Shown here one piece after another: positions 51,741 to 60,014 of a stretch of 64,000 nt of DNA. The DNA is from Anaerolineae bacterium. GTDB lineage: Bacteria; Chloroflexota; Anaerolineae; JAADDB01. The position numbers and the translations under genes are program-made. Below the pieces are notes generated by a model. That model did not search any database and was not told where the DNA came from. It saw nothing but the letters and a program-made list of their open reading frames with translations. How positions within the stretch are numbered: the first letter of the stretch is position 1; each line of letters opens with the position of its first letter. Location: assembly GCA_015486845.1 (NCBI GenBank), contig WFQU01000160.1, forward strand, positions 3,313 through 67,312. The letters are read 5' to 3'.

Positions 51741-51777
51741 GCCCACTTTGTCCCACTTCATCCCACTTTATCCCATT
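51741..51777 (-). promoter_or_regulatory. MraZ operator: four direct GTGGGA repeats at 10-bp spacing, directly upstream of mraZ
   Basis: The minus-strand sequence reads aatGGGAtaaagTGGGAtgaagTGGGAcaaagTGGGC. This fits the known TGGGN-N5 direct-repeat architecture of MraZ binding sites. Confidence 0.7.
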
Positions 51778-52110
51778 ATAGCAGGGATTTGGGAAAAATC
51801 AAGCCCATTCTTGCCACTTGGGATTTACTTGGGATAAAAATTAAGGTTCCAGCCCTCGTGAGGACGATGTGATATACGCTGTTAATCAGGGGATTTAAAC
51901 CAGCAAACTAGTTTTAGCCGGCCCTGAACCTTTTTCATTTATGATTATTCAATTGTTAAGGTTCTTTGGCTACACGAAATTCGCCTTATCCCTTACTCTT
52001 TGACGGTGCTTGCGCTTAACTTGTCACAAATTCAGTATATCACAAATATCCCAAGTTGTCAACGCCTAATCAGCACCCAAGAATAGGTAATTAGTACCAT
52101 TATCACTATA

Positions 52111-52148
52111 CGAACCACCCTGATATCGGGGTGGTTCGACCTATTTTA
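52111..52148 (+). terminator. strong hairpin plus U-tract (orphan terminator-like element)
   Basis: cgaaccaccc-tgatatc-ggggtggttcg followed by acctatttta. No obvious upstream plus-strand gene. Confidence 0.4.
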
Positions 52149-52331
52149 TGGCTATTGCACGCAACATTTCGAGGCTGGCTTGCCAGGTAAACCACTTTCT
52201 CCTACAATAATGATATCGTTGGTCTACGAGTAGAATTCACCTTAAGCCCGCAAGGCATAGATAGGGCCACAACAGCGAACGAAAATCTCTTGACAAGATT
52301 GGGGGATCGCAGGCTTGAGAAGTAATGCTAC

Positions 52332-52446
52332 GGGGAGACCTCTCCCCCAAGCTTCGCTGCGCTTAGCTTTTCCCCCTCCCCGTGTCGGGGAGGGGGCGAC
52401 TTACCGCCCAAAGGGGCAGTAAGTCAGGAGAGAGGTCTTATTTTCA
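52332..52446 (+). other. compact nested-hairpin element ending in a U-tract (candidate small structured RNA or repeat module)
   Basis: ggggaga-cc-tctcccc; ccccctccccg-tgt-cggggaggggg (11-bp stem); gacttaccgccc-aaa-ggggcagtaagtc; then aggagagaggtcttattttc. The tail motif recurs at 55187-55215. Confidence 0.35.
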
Positions 52447-52539
52447 AAGAGGAGCTATTCCGTAATTTTTGAATACAAAATTATTCGTTTAGGAAGAAAC
52501 AGGCGTGTTTCTTGGTAGTTATCATGAGCCTGCGGCACA

Positions 52540-52600
52540 CCACAGCGGATGAAATTTAAGATCAGCGTGTATCAGCGTTAATCAGCGTTCTATTTTTGCG
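52540..52600 (+). repeat. module C partial copy C3 (tandem gatcagcgtgtatcagcgttaatcagcgtt)
   Basis: Shares the ATCAGCGT octamer tandems with 12230-12280. Confidence 0.5.
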
Positions 52601-52822
52601 TCCGCTGCCAAAAGGCTGCTCAACACCAGCCCCCTTTCAGGGAGCTTCTTGGCGACGTAGCACGAGGATTTGCCCCCCGTGCGCTCGGGCGGAGAACGCT
52701 TGTCGATTAGAAGTTCAACTTCTTAAAGAAGTTGAACTTCTAAAAGGGGGCCTGATTTTTTAGACGCTCTGCGCCTTTGCGCCGCTGCGTCAACTGATTT
52801 TCAGAGGAGAAAGAGCTTCTAC
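52600..52822 (-). repeat. family A copy A3 (reverse orientation; hairpin 52709-52741). The terminal module supplies the leader and Shine-Dalgarno of the downstream gene
   Basis: The reverse complement of A1/A2 modules. It ends ...gcgtcaactgattttcagaggagaaagagcttctacATG (the 52823 start). Confidence 0.8.
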
Positions 52823-53722
52823 ATGGAACAAGCAAAGAAAGAACCATTGCAAGCATTACTGCATAAATACGGTGTCATCCTCGGCGATGGCGCCATGGGC
52901 ACTATGTTGCAGTCACTCGGCCTGGAACAAGGCGAATGTCCGGAATTATGGAACATAACACAACCGGAAAAAGTGCAAAGCGTACAAAGAGGCTACATCG
53001 AAGCCGGCTCCATGGTGATCGAGACCAACACTTTTGGCGGCACGCGTTTTCGCTTAGCCATGCACGGGCTGGAAGATCAAGTCTCGGCTTTGAACAAAGC
53101 CGGGGTCGAGATAGCTAAAGAAATGGCCGACACAAAAGCCTTAGTTGCCGGTTCCGTAGGCCCCTCGGGAGAACTCCTTTTTCCATTAGGCACGCTATCC
53201 TACGAAGAAGTGCGCGACGGTTTTACCGAACAAGCGCAAGCTATGATCGAAGGGGGCGTAGATCTTTTCATCGTGGAAACCATGAGCGACTTGCAGGAAA
53301 TCAAGGCTGCCATCGAAGGTATCCGCGCTGTAAGCGGCGACGAGCGTCCCATCATTACTACGATGACTTTCGAGACACGCGGGCATACGATGATGGGCGT
53401 CAGCCCAGAGCAAGCATTAACAGAACTTTACGCTGCTAGCAGCCGCTACATCGGCGCCAACTGCGGCAACGGCCCAGAAGAGACCGGTGCGGCTATCAAA
53501 GCAATGGCCCCCCACCGGCCGGAGGACGTTGTCCTGGTCGTACAGTCCAATGCAGGATTACCACATTGGCAAAACGGGGACATTATATACGACGGCACAC
53601 CGGATATCATGGCCAAGCACGCCGTGGCCATGTACGAAGCTGGCGCCCGCTACATTGGCGCTTGCTGCGGCAGCACACCGGCTCACATCAGGGCCATGGC
53701 AACAGCGTTAGGCTTACGTTGA
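52823..53722 (+). CDS. homocysteine S-methyltransferase-domain protein (MmuM/BHMT/MetH N-terminal-like, Zn-binding TIM barrel)
   Basis: LGDGAMGTMLQ...ETNTF...ANCGNGPE...GACCGSTPAHI (a Cys-triad Zn site typical of Pfam S-methyl_trans). Confidence 0.75.
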   Translation: MEQAKKEPLQALLHKYGVILGDGAMGTMLQSLGLEQGECPELWNITQPEKVQSVQRGYIEAGSMVIETNTFGGTRFRLAMHGLEDQVSALNKAGVEIAKEMADTKALVAGSVGPSGELLFPLGTLSYEEVRDGFTEQAQAMIEGGVDLFIVETMSDLQEIKAAIEGIRAVSGDERPIITTMTFETRGHTMMGVSPEQALTELYAASSRYIGANCGNGPEETGAAIKAMAPHRPEDVVLVVQSNAGLPHWQNGDIIYDGTPDIMAKHAVAMYEAGARYIGACCGSTPAHIRAMATALGLR

Positions 53723-53724
53723 AC

Positions 53725-54393
53725 ATGTCCCGGCTAAATTCCACCCGCGAACAGAGTCAAGCACCGCAAGCTATCCTGGCTTGCGGCGCCTTAGCCAAAG
53801 AAATCAACCTACTCAGAGCAGAAAGAGGCTGGCCGGTTGATCTTTATGCGCTGCCAGCCATTTTGCACAACACGCCAGCGAAAATTGTCACTGCGGTGGC
53901 CGAACGTTTGGGGAAACTTTGCCAGCGCTACCAACAAGTGATCATCGGCTATGGAGACTGTGGCACAGGCGGTGCGTTAGACCGGCTTCTGGAAAGCCAT
54001 CCCCGAGCCCGGCGCATTCCGGGACCACATTGCTACGAAATTTTCAGCGGCCAACGCTTTTGGCAACAAATGGAGAGAGAACCGGGAACATATTTCCTGA
54101 CAGATTACCTGGCTCATAACTTCCAAAAACTTGTAGTCGCCGGCAATGGGTTAGACCGCGACCCGGCTATGCGCGATTTTCTCTTCGCCAATTACCAGCG
54201 TTTGGTTTGGATAGCGCAGAGCGATGCCCCCGAAATTGCGCAGCAAGCTGCCGCTGCCGCCAAGACATTACAACTGCCCCTAACGATTTGGCACACAGGG
54301 TTGGACGAACTGACGCGACGGATCGAAGTATTACTTTCGTTTCCGGTTAAAGCAAACAATATATCAATAGGATCATCACATGTAAAGGTCTGA
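53725..54393 (+). CDS. hypothetical protein translationally coupled to the homocysteine methyltransferase gene (possibly DUF1638-like; low certainty)
   Basis: 222 aa starting 2 bp after the upstream stop. It is Cys-containing (ILACGAL, GYGDCGTGG, PHCYEIF). The family assignment is from memory of DUF1638-type partners of methyltransferases, not from a search. Confidence 0.4.
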   Translation: MSRLNSTREQSQAPQAILACGALAKEINLLRAERGWPVDLYALPAILHNTPAKIVTAVAERLGKLCQRYQQVIIGYGDCGTGGALDRLLESHPRARRIPGPHCYEIFSGQRFWQQMEREPGTYFLTDYLAHNFQKLVVAGNGLDRDPAMRDFLFANYQRLVWIAQSDAPEIAQQAAAAAKTLQLPLTIWHTGLDELTRRIEVLLSFPVKANNISIGSSHVKV

Positions 54394-54397
54394 GAAC

Positions 54398-54637
54398 GTG
54401 CCTATTTTCTTCGTAGGAACCATCGCTTTAGGAAATGTAATCGGCTGGCTGGCTGCAGAAACGATGTGCAAAGCAGCCGCGGGCTGGAAGAAAAGCATTG
54501 GCTTACTGCAAATGGGCATCGCGGCGGTAACCATGGCACTTATTGTCAATCAGGTCGGTTTCGCATTGTTTTTGGCCAGCACATTCGCCACTTTTGCCAT
54601 GTATTTCATCCTGCATAAATGGGTATGGCATCAGTGA
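54398..54637 (+). CDS. small membrane protein (two transmembrane helices)
   Basis: 79-aa ORF with a GTG start. Confidence 0.35.
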   Translation: MPIFFVGTIALGNVIGWLAAETMCKAAAGWKKSIGLLQMGIAAVTMALIVNQVGFALFLASTFATFAMYFILHKWVWHQ

Positions 54638-54694
54638 CAGTCCATTGGGCCCGGCACAAGTAAAACGACGACGGAGGCCGTCCAGAGCGACTAA

Positions 54695-54795
54695 AAGTCA
54701 CGGCAACGTCTGCAAAATCGCCCTACGGTGATTAGCCTGCAACCTGCGCAGGCAGGTTTTGCAGCTGTGGCAGAGCGATTTGCAATCGCCGGACG
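54695..54795 (+). repeat. family B copy B7 (core aacctgcgcaggcaggtt at 54741-54758)
   Basis: agtcacggcaacgtctgcaaaatcgccctacggtgattagcctgcaacctgcgcaggcaggtttt...ttgcaatcgccgg. Directly abuts A4. Confidence 0.8.
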
Positions 54796-54807
54796 AGGCA
54801 GATCTCA

Positions 54808-55048
54808 ATTCCGGTACGGCGGCGGGGTACGTCAAGGTAGCGCCCGCTGCCAAGGGGTTGCTCAACACCAGTCCCTTTCTAAGGGGCTTATCATTTACGT
54901 AGCACGGGGATTTGCCCCCCGTGCGATCGGGCGGCCAACCCCGTTGATTAGAAATTCAACTTCTCGTAGAAGTTGAATTTCTTAAAGAGAGCCTGATTTT
55001 TTAGGCGCAGAGCGCCTTTATGCCGCTGCGTCAACTATTTTCAGAGAA
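54808..55048 (-). repeat. family A copy A4 (reverse orientation; hairpin 54949-54981)
   Basis: The reverse complement of A1, including the module ccggtacggcggcggggtacgtcaaggta. Confidence 0.8.
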
Positions 55049-55269
55049 GTTTGTCATTGCGAGGCCCTGCCGGGCCGTCGCAATCTCTCTCACTGGCGTT
55101 GGAGATTGCTTGACCAAAACGAGGATCACACTGTCGCTTCGCTCGCAACGACATGACTGATTTGAAGGCGTTGCGTCAGCTATATTTAGGGGAGAAGTCT
55201 TATTTTCAGAGACGGTAAAGATTACTGCGGTCGTAACGCCGTAACAAAACAAGTTTTTTTACCATTGTT

Positions 55270-55334
55270 TTTTTATCTACGTGCGCAGCCTGCGTTAATC
55301 TGCGTCCCATTTTTATTTTCAAGAGGAGAAAGTA
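55270..55334 (-). repeat. family A terminal-module-only copy (A6) forming the 5' leader and Shine-Dalgarno of the 55335 gene
   Basis: tttttatctacgtgcgcagcctgcgttaatctgcgtcccatttttattttcaagaggagaaagtaATG. This is the same module that abuts the starts at 5445, 20327 and 52823. Confidence 0.75.
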
Positions 55335-55712
55335 ATGGAACAGACACATGCATCTTTGTTACAATTATTAGGCGCCTTCAGTTTCGGTGCCGTCGTCGGT
55401 TGGTTTACCTACTTCACCAATCGCTACCGACGTGAGGTTTCCCTATCCGATATAGCCACAATCATCGGCGCATTGGGCGGCGCTGTAATCCTAGCCCTTT
55501 TCCGGCCTCGCACAGACCTTTTCGGCGCTTATGGATTCGGCTTAGCGGTGGGTTTCTTTGGCTATTTTGTCGTCCTGATGCTCATGGTAGCCCAAAGCGA
55601 AACGCACAACGTAGATTGGTTTCTGGATCCCACAGCAACCGGCATCATTCCCCAACATCCAATGGATATGGAGCCAGAAAAGAAAAACGTGACTACTAAG
55701 CCATCCCAATAA
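55335..55712 (+). CDS. small membrane protein (three transmembrane helices)
   Basis: 125 aa. A GGAGAAAG ribosome-binding site is provided by the repeat module. Confidence 0.5.
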   Translation: MEQTHASLLQLLGAFSFGAVVGWFTYFTNRYRREVSLSDIATIIGALGGAVILALFRPRTDLFGAYGFGLAVGFFGYFVVLMLMVAQSETHNVDWFLDPTATGIIPQHPMDMEPEKKNVTTKPSQ

Positions 55713-55836
55713 TCTGATGCGGATGAACGTTAAATCTTTTCTAATTTATCTGCGCACATCGGCGTGAAATCTGCATACGCAACGTTCTATCGCCACATTG
55801 GGGACCACTAACCTCTGCGCTGTGACACCAGCACGA

Positions 55837-57069
55837 TCAGCGAATGAAAATGCCCACCTCTGAAACCATGGATTGATAGTTGTGGCCGGAGGCGTAAATA
55901 CGCAAACTCCGCAAAGTGGCTGGCTGGGCGCCTTGCGCTTTCAGCGTCCCCAGCAAGTTCTTTGTTTCAAAAGGATACCAGATAAACGGCGGAATCTTCT
56001 CCCCATTCACCGTGGGCCAGGCGCGGTTCTCTGGCGGACGAAAGTAAAAACCGTGCACCCATTCTCTATCCCTGCCATTGACATCAGTATACGAAAGGCG
56101 AATCATCAATGGATACTCCGACCCTAAATAGCCACCACCAGACAAGCTTTGATAGAGCAGCCGCACATCTAAGCGAATAACTAAAGACTCGATATCGCGC
56201 ACATCCTGATTCAGCTTTTGCTCGATCCACACCTCGGTATGAACACCCTCTTGTGTAGAGCGCCGGCTGAGCAAAGCAGCGTACCGCCCCCCAACATTAA
56301 CAATGGAAACTGTACCAGGATCAACTTTGGAATCGTTTGGCGCCCACCCCACCTGCCAAGTAGAAGCCAGCGGCTGCAAAAAATTGCCGTTTTGGACCAA
56401 GTTATACTCTGCTGGTTCCGGTTTCTGCGGAGGGCCACCCAAAGCGACAAAAACCCGCTTACCACTCCCTACGTGACGCGTCATCCCCATCGCAGTGACA
56501 TCGGCCTCTCCCGTACGCACCGTTATCTCGGTGCCGGCGTTGCTAACAAAAAGAGAATAGGAGCCGCCGGCTAACACGATCTGCCCATGTGGTGTGGTCA
56601 CATGAATATGAATAGGGCGATCCCCCTCCTGGTTACTGGTCACCCGAATGCGTCCGGCATCCAAGCGCAAGGTCAAACGAATTGGGTCTTTGCTAGAACC
56701 AAAAAGCGGAACACGGCTATCCGACAAACGGAGTCGTGTTTGATTGAACACCTGGACCGTAGCCAATTCAACATTCTTCTCCCCGCCGCTCAACAAGCTT
56801 AAAATAGCGCCAGATGTTGCATCGGTACGAATCAGCGTTTGCGGCGCCAGCGAACGTTCCTTCGTAACGGGAATTAATTCGCCATGGCCGGGGACTTCGA
56901 GAAGCAAAGTGCCGCGCAAAACATGCAACAAAGGTGGCCGGTAGACAGTAGCATGCTCAACCCACGAATGTACTGACATTGGAATGCCAATAGCCAAAGT
57001 AAGGAAAAAAACGAAAGAGAGCAACAGCACCATCCAGGCCACGCGCTGTGGATTCCGATGGCGATACAT
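55837..57069 (-). CDS. hypothetical membrane-anchored extracytoplasmic protein
   Basis: 410 aa. An N-terminal transmembrane helix then a beta-rich ectodomain. No confident family. Confidence 0.5.
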   Translation of the reverse strand: MYRHRNPQRVAWMVLLLSFVFFLTLAIGIPMSVHSWVEHATVYRPPLLHVLRGTLLLEVPGHGELIPVTKERSLAPQTLIRTDATSGAILSLLSGGEKNVELATVQVFNQTRLRLSDSRVPLFGSSKDPIRLTLRLDAGRIRVTSNQEGDRPIHIHVTTPHGQIVLAGGSYSLFVSNAGTEITVRTGEADVTAMGMTRHVGSGKRVFVALGGPPQKPEPAEYNLVQNGNFLQPLASTWQVGWAPNDSKVDPGTVSIVNVGGRYAALLSRRSTQEGVHTEVWIEQKLNQDVRDIESLVIRLDVRLLYQSLSGGGYLGSEYPLMIRLSYTDVNGRDREWVHGFYFRPPENRAWPTVNGEKIPPFIWYPFETKNLLGTLKAQGAQPATLRSLRIYASGHNYQSMVSEVGIFIR

Positions 57070-57356
57070 TAAAAACGGACCTCGTAGCGATCAATTTCGG
57101 TTGAGGGTACATCCCAGTCAATGGTTACACGTTCCACCCAGGCGGCTGACGGGCCAACACGCAACCGCGCAGCAAACTTCTCGATAGTCTCTGTCATCCC
57201 TTCCACCCAAACGGATACCGTGCCGTCCCATTCATTGCGAGCACCGCCGTGCAACCCTAAACGCTGTGCTTCTCGTTGCACGAAATAACGGAAGCCCACA
57301 CCTTGTACACGCCCAAAACAATGCAAATAGCAACTACGGATACGTTGGGTTGGCAT
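57069..57356 (-). CDS. acyP: acylphosphatase
   Basis: VQGVGFRYFVQREAQRLGLHGGARN...G.V. Confidence 0.75.
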   Translation of the reverse strand: MPTQRIRSCYLHCFGRVQGVGFRYFVQREAQRLGLHGGARNEWDGTVSVWVEGMTETIEKFAARLRVGPSAAWVERVTIDWDVPSTEIDRYEVRF

Positions 57357-57360
57357 GGTT

Positions 57361-57861
57361 TTATCCTTGTTCTCCCCCATCTGCACTGTTCAGACGCTTT
57401 AACCAACGCTGCGCATCCCGATCCTCCGGATTAGAGCGCAGCGCTTCCTGAAAATAGAAACGTGCCTGCTCAATATCCCCTTGTTCGTGAAAAATCAAGG
57501 CAATATTATAATGCACGCTGTAAGCACGCGGATTGATCCGCAAAGCTTCTTGAAAAGCGGCAAGTGCCTTTTCCCGCTTCTCTTTCGTAGCAAAGGGGAG
57601 CTTGCCCAAGTAAGCCGCGGCCAAGTTAATCCAAACATTCTCATTGTCCGGTTCCAACGCGGCCGCTTCTTCCAGGATAGGCACCGCCCGGGCATGTTGG
57701 CCGGCCAAAATATAGACGCTGCTCAGGTTAATCTTGACAGCAACATTCTCCGGCGCTAAACGATATGCCTTTAACAATAAGGGCAATGCCTTAGTTAGCT
57801 CTTGTCGCTGCAAATAGTGCGTTCCTGCCCACAACAAAGCCTGAACATCCTTTTCGGGCAT
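57361..57861 (-). CDS. tetratricopeptide-repeat protein
   Basis: Four to five TPR units (AYLGK..., ALRINPRAYSVHYNIALIF...). Confidence 0.7.
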   Translation of the reverse strand: MPEKDVQALLWAGTHYLQRQELTKALPLLLKAYRLAPENVAVKINLSSVYILAGQHARAVPILEEAAALEPDNENVWINLAAAYLGKLPFATKEKREKALAAFQEALRINPRAYSVHYNIALIFHEQGDIEQARFYFQEALRSNPEDRDAQRWLKRLNSADGGEQG

Positions 57862-57864
57862 TAT

Positions 57865-58197
57865 CTAATCACCATTCTCATGCTCGTCGTTTTCCACGTT
57901 GCTAAAATAGCGGTAACTTTCTCGCGAGGCCACAAAATATTCAATGGCGTATTGCTCCGGCATACCAACGGCTGCGGAAAAATCCGCCACCAGCCCCGCC
58001 ACAAACGATTGCAACGCAGTCTGATCCATCTCCAGGAACAGATCGTTCCACACCAAGAAAGTCCCCATAATCAAGGTGTCGGTATAATGCAAATCCAGTT
58101 TACCTACGCTCTCCGGCAGAGCACCTTCATGCAGCGCTTCGATAGCATATTGCTCCGAGGCCGTAGTCCGCACCAGGCGTCGCAATTTAAAGTTCAT
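57865..58197 (-). CDS. hypothetical acidic protein
   Basis: 110 aa. No recognised domain. Confidence 0.4.
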   Translation of the reverse strand: MNFKLRRLVRTTASEQYAIEALHEGALPESVGKLDLHYTDTLIMGTFLVWNDLFLEMDQTALQSFVAGLVADFSAAVGMPEQYAIEYFVASRESYRYFSNVENDEHENGD

Positions 58198-58220
58198 TCC
58201 CTCAACCGCCTTTCAGCCCA

Positions 58221-59255
58221 TCACAGAGGCGACAATGTGTCGTCGGGTGTTTCCCCCAAACTATCGCCTTCACCGAAATCGTAGAAAAAGGAATCATCCT
58301 CTATTTCATCAAGCTCGCCCAAAAATGGAAGCCAAAAATTTATTGATTCTATCGCGTCACTAATTTCATCACTCAATATTTCGTTCAAGCGAGGCTTCAT
58401 TGCCAAACGTTTCAGCGCCTCAAGGGCCGACATAGTGCCCATTTCCCCTAAAGCCCAAATAGCTGCGCCGGCAATGGAGATATCTTCTTCGGCAGCCAAA
58501 CGTTCCAACAAGGGGATTGCTTCCTCTAACTGCAACTCACCCGCAGCAGCAGCAGCTTCGTAACGCATTTTCGGCTCATCGCTCTCTAACTCTTGAAATA
58601 CATAGCGATTCCAGCGGCTAAGTAAACTCCGCCCCATCGCAAAAATGCTGCTAACGCGCATGTCCAAGTCAGGGTGAAAATAGGCACTCTCAATGAGCAT
58701 TGCCACCCGCTCGCCCAAAAAAGCCAATGACTCCAAAGCACGGCGCCGCACCAATAACGGTTCCTGATCGTCAGACCAGACCCCCAGTAGTGCATTTTCG
58801 ACGGCCATGCCCACCACCTGACTTACATCCTCTGTCTCAACCAAATACAAAATATGGCCCAAGGCGATAGCCGCCACAGCCCGCACACCGGTATCAGCGT
58901 CTGTTTGCAATATGTGTACCAGAGGGCCGGCCAGCTCTTCGTCGATATCTTCCATTTCCATTAACCCGTTAATCGCGGCTTGACGTACTTTCGGCAGAGG
59001 ATGTTGCAACAACGCATCGAAAATCGCTCCAAAGTCCAGTAACGGATCCGCTTCGGCTAAATCCGCCAAACCAGATATAAGCAATTCTTTTTGGACATCC
59101 GAAAACTCCGCTAAACCCTGTTCGAAAATGGGGACCTGTTGCGGAGATAATCCAGACAAGAGATACAATCCCTCAAACCCTTCTGATAAATTACTCTCTC
59201 GCAGCGTCGACAAAATAAAACGTATTCGAACGCTATCGTCTTCTTCTCTTGCCAT
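58221..59255 (-). CDS. HEAT-repeat (PBS-lyase-like) protein
   Basis: Repeated ...VRQAAINGL... and ...VRAVAAIALGHI... units. Confidence 0.65.
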   Translation of the reverse strand: MAREEDDSVRIRFILSTLRESNLSEGFEGLYLLSGLSPQQVPIFEQGLAEFSDVQKELLISGLADLAEADPLLDFGAIFDALLQHPLPKVRQAAINGLMEMEDIDEELAGPLVHILQTDADTGVRAVAAIALGHILYLVETEDVSQVVGMAVENALLGVWSDDQEPLLVRRRALESLAFLGERVAMLIESAYFHPDLDMRVSSIFAMGRSLLSRWNRYVFQELESDEPKMRYEAAAAAGELQLEEAIPLLERLAAEEDISIAGAAIWALGEMGTMSALEALKRLAMKPRLNEILSDEISDAIESINFWLPFLGELDEIEDDSFFYDFGEGDSLGETPDDTLSPL

Positions 59256-59270
59256 CGTATCAAACTCCTC

Positions 59271-60002
59271 TTAAGGTGTTACAATTACTGTCGGTGACGG
59301 GATCGATGTTAGATTAGCTGCCGGCGACGGCGTAATCGTAGGTGATGGCGTGGCCGTTGGCGTGGCCGTTGGCAACGGCACGACCAGTTTATCCCCTACA
59401 TGAATGACTGCGTCGGCCTTCAGCCCGTTCGCCGCCAACAAAGCCGCAAGCGATGTTTCCCACTGACGGGCGATATTTTCCGGCGTATCCCCCTTTTGCA
59501 CCACATAGGGAATCGTGTGCTGTAGCGGTGTCGGCCGGGGAACCTGCGTGGGCGGGCTATATGGTGTAATCGTCACAGAAGGCACTGGTAAAGCCGTCGG
59601 CGCTACTGGCGTCGGTGTTGCCGAAGGGAGCAGAAGCATCACCACCGGCGATCCAGACAGTTCCACGGCTTGCCGATCCACGTGCAACGGCCACGATGGC
59701 AACGAAGTAGCCATAAGAAAAGATTGTCCCCGCCAAAAGAAAATAGCCAGCAACACAGCCAACAGCACCACTACGGCTGACCGCCAATCGACGCGCCAAG
59801 GAAGCCTTCTTCTTTGCAAAGAATGGCCGCAAACAGGACAAATTAGCAAATGTGCCGGCACGCTGGCTCCGCAATGGCGACAATGTATACGTTTTCGGTT
59901 GTCAGAAAGCGTATACCCACATTTAGGGCAAATCGTTGCCCCCGCTGGCATATCTGCCCCGCAACGTGGACAATGTTTCATCATACTATTATCCCGCATC
60001 AT
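59271..60002 (-). CDS. double zinc-ribbon / transmembrane helix / LysM-domain protein with a Thr-Pro-rich tail
   Basis: CPRCGADMPAGATICPKCGY and CRHCGASVPAHLLICPVCGH, then a transmembrane helix, then a LysM segment (YVVQKGDTPENIARQW...LLAANGL). Confidence 0.7.
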   Translation of the reverse strand: MMRDNSMMKHCPRCGADMPAGATICPKCGYTLSDNRKRIHCRHCGASVPAHLLICPVCGHSLQRRRLPWRVDWRSAVVVLLAVLLAIFFWRGQSFLMATSLPSWPLHVDRQAVELSGSPVVMLLLPSATPTPVAPTALPVPSVTITPYSPPTQVPRPTPLQHTIPYVVQKGDTPENIARQWETSLAALLAANGLKADAVIHVGDKLVVPLPTATPTATPSPTITPSPAANLTSIPSPTVIVTP

Positions 60003-60014
60003 CCCTTCATAAGC

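Noticed and set aside
52111-52148. tRNA-like T-arm (ggttcga)
   Set aside because: The pairing is an 11-bp perfect hairpin, which is far too long for a T-arm, and no acceptor stem or anticodon arm is present.
52150-52822. SAM or cobalamin riboswitch upstream of the homocysteine methyltransferase gene
   Set aside because: No B12 box (GCCACTG) and no SAM-I core (GAGGGA...GGCAACC) was found. The region is explained by repeat modules.
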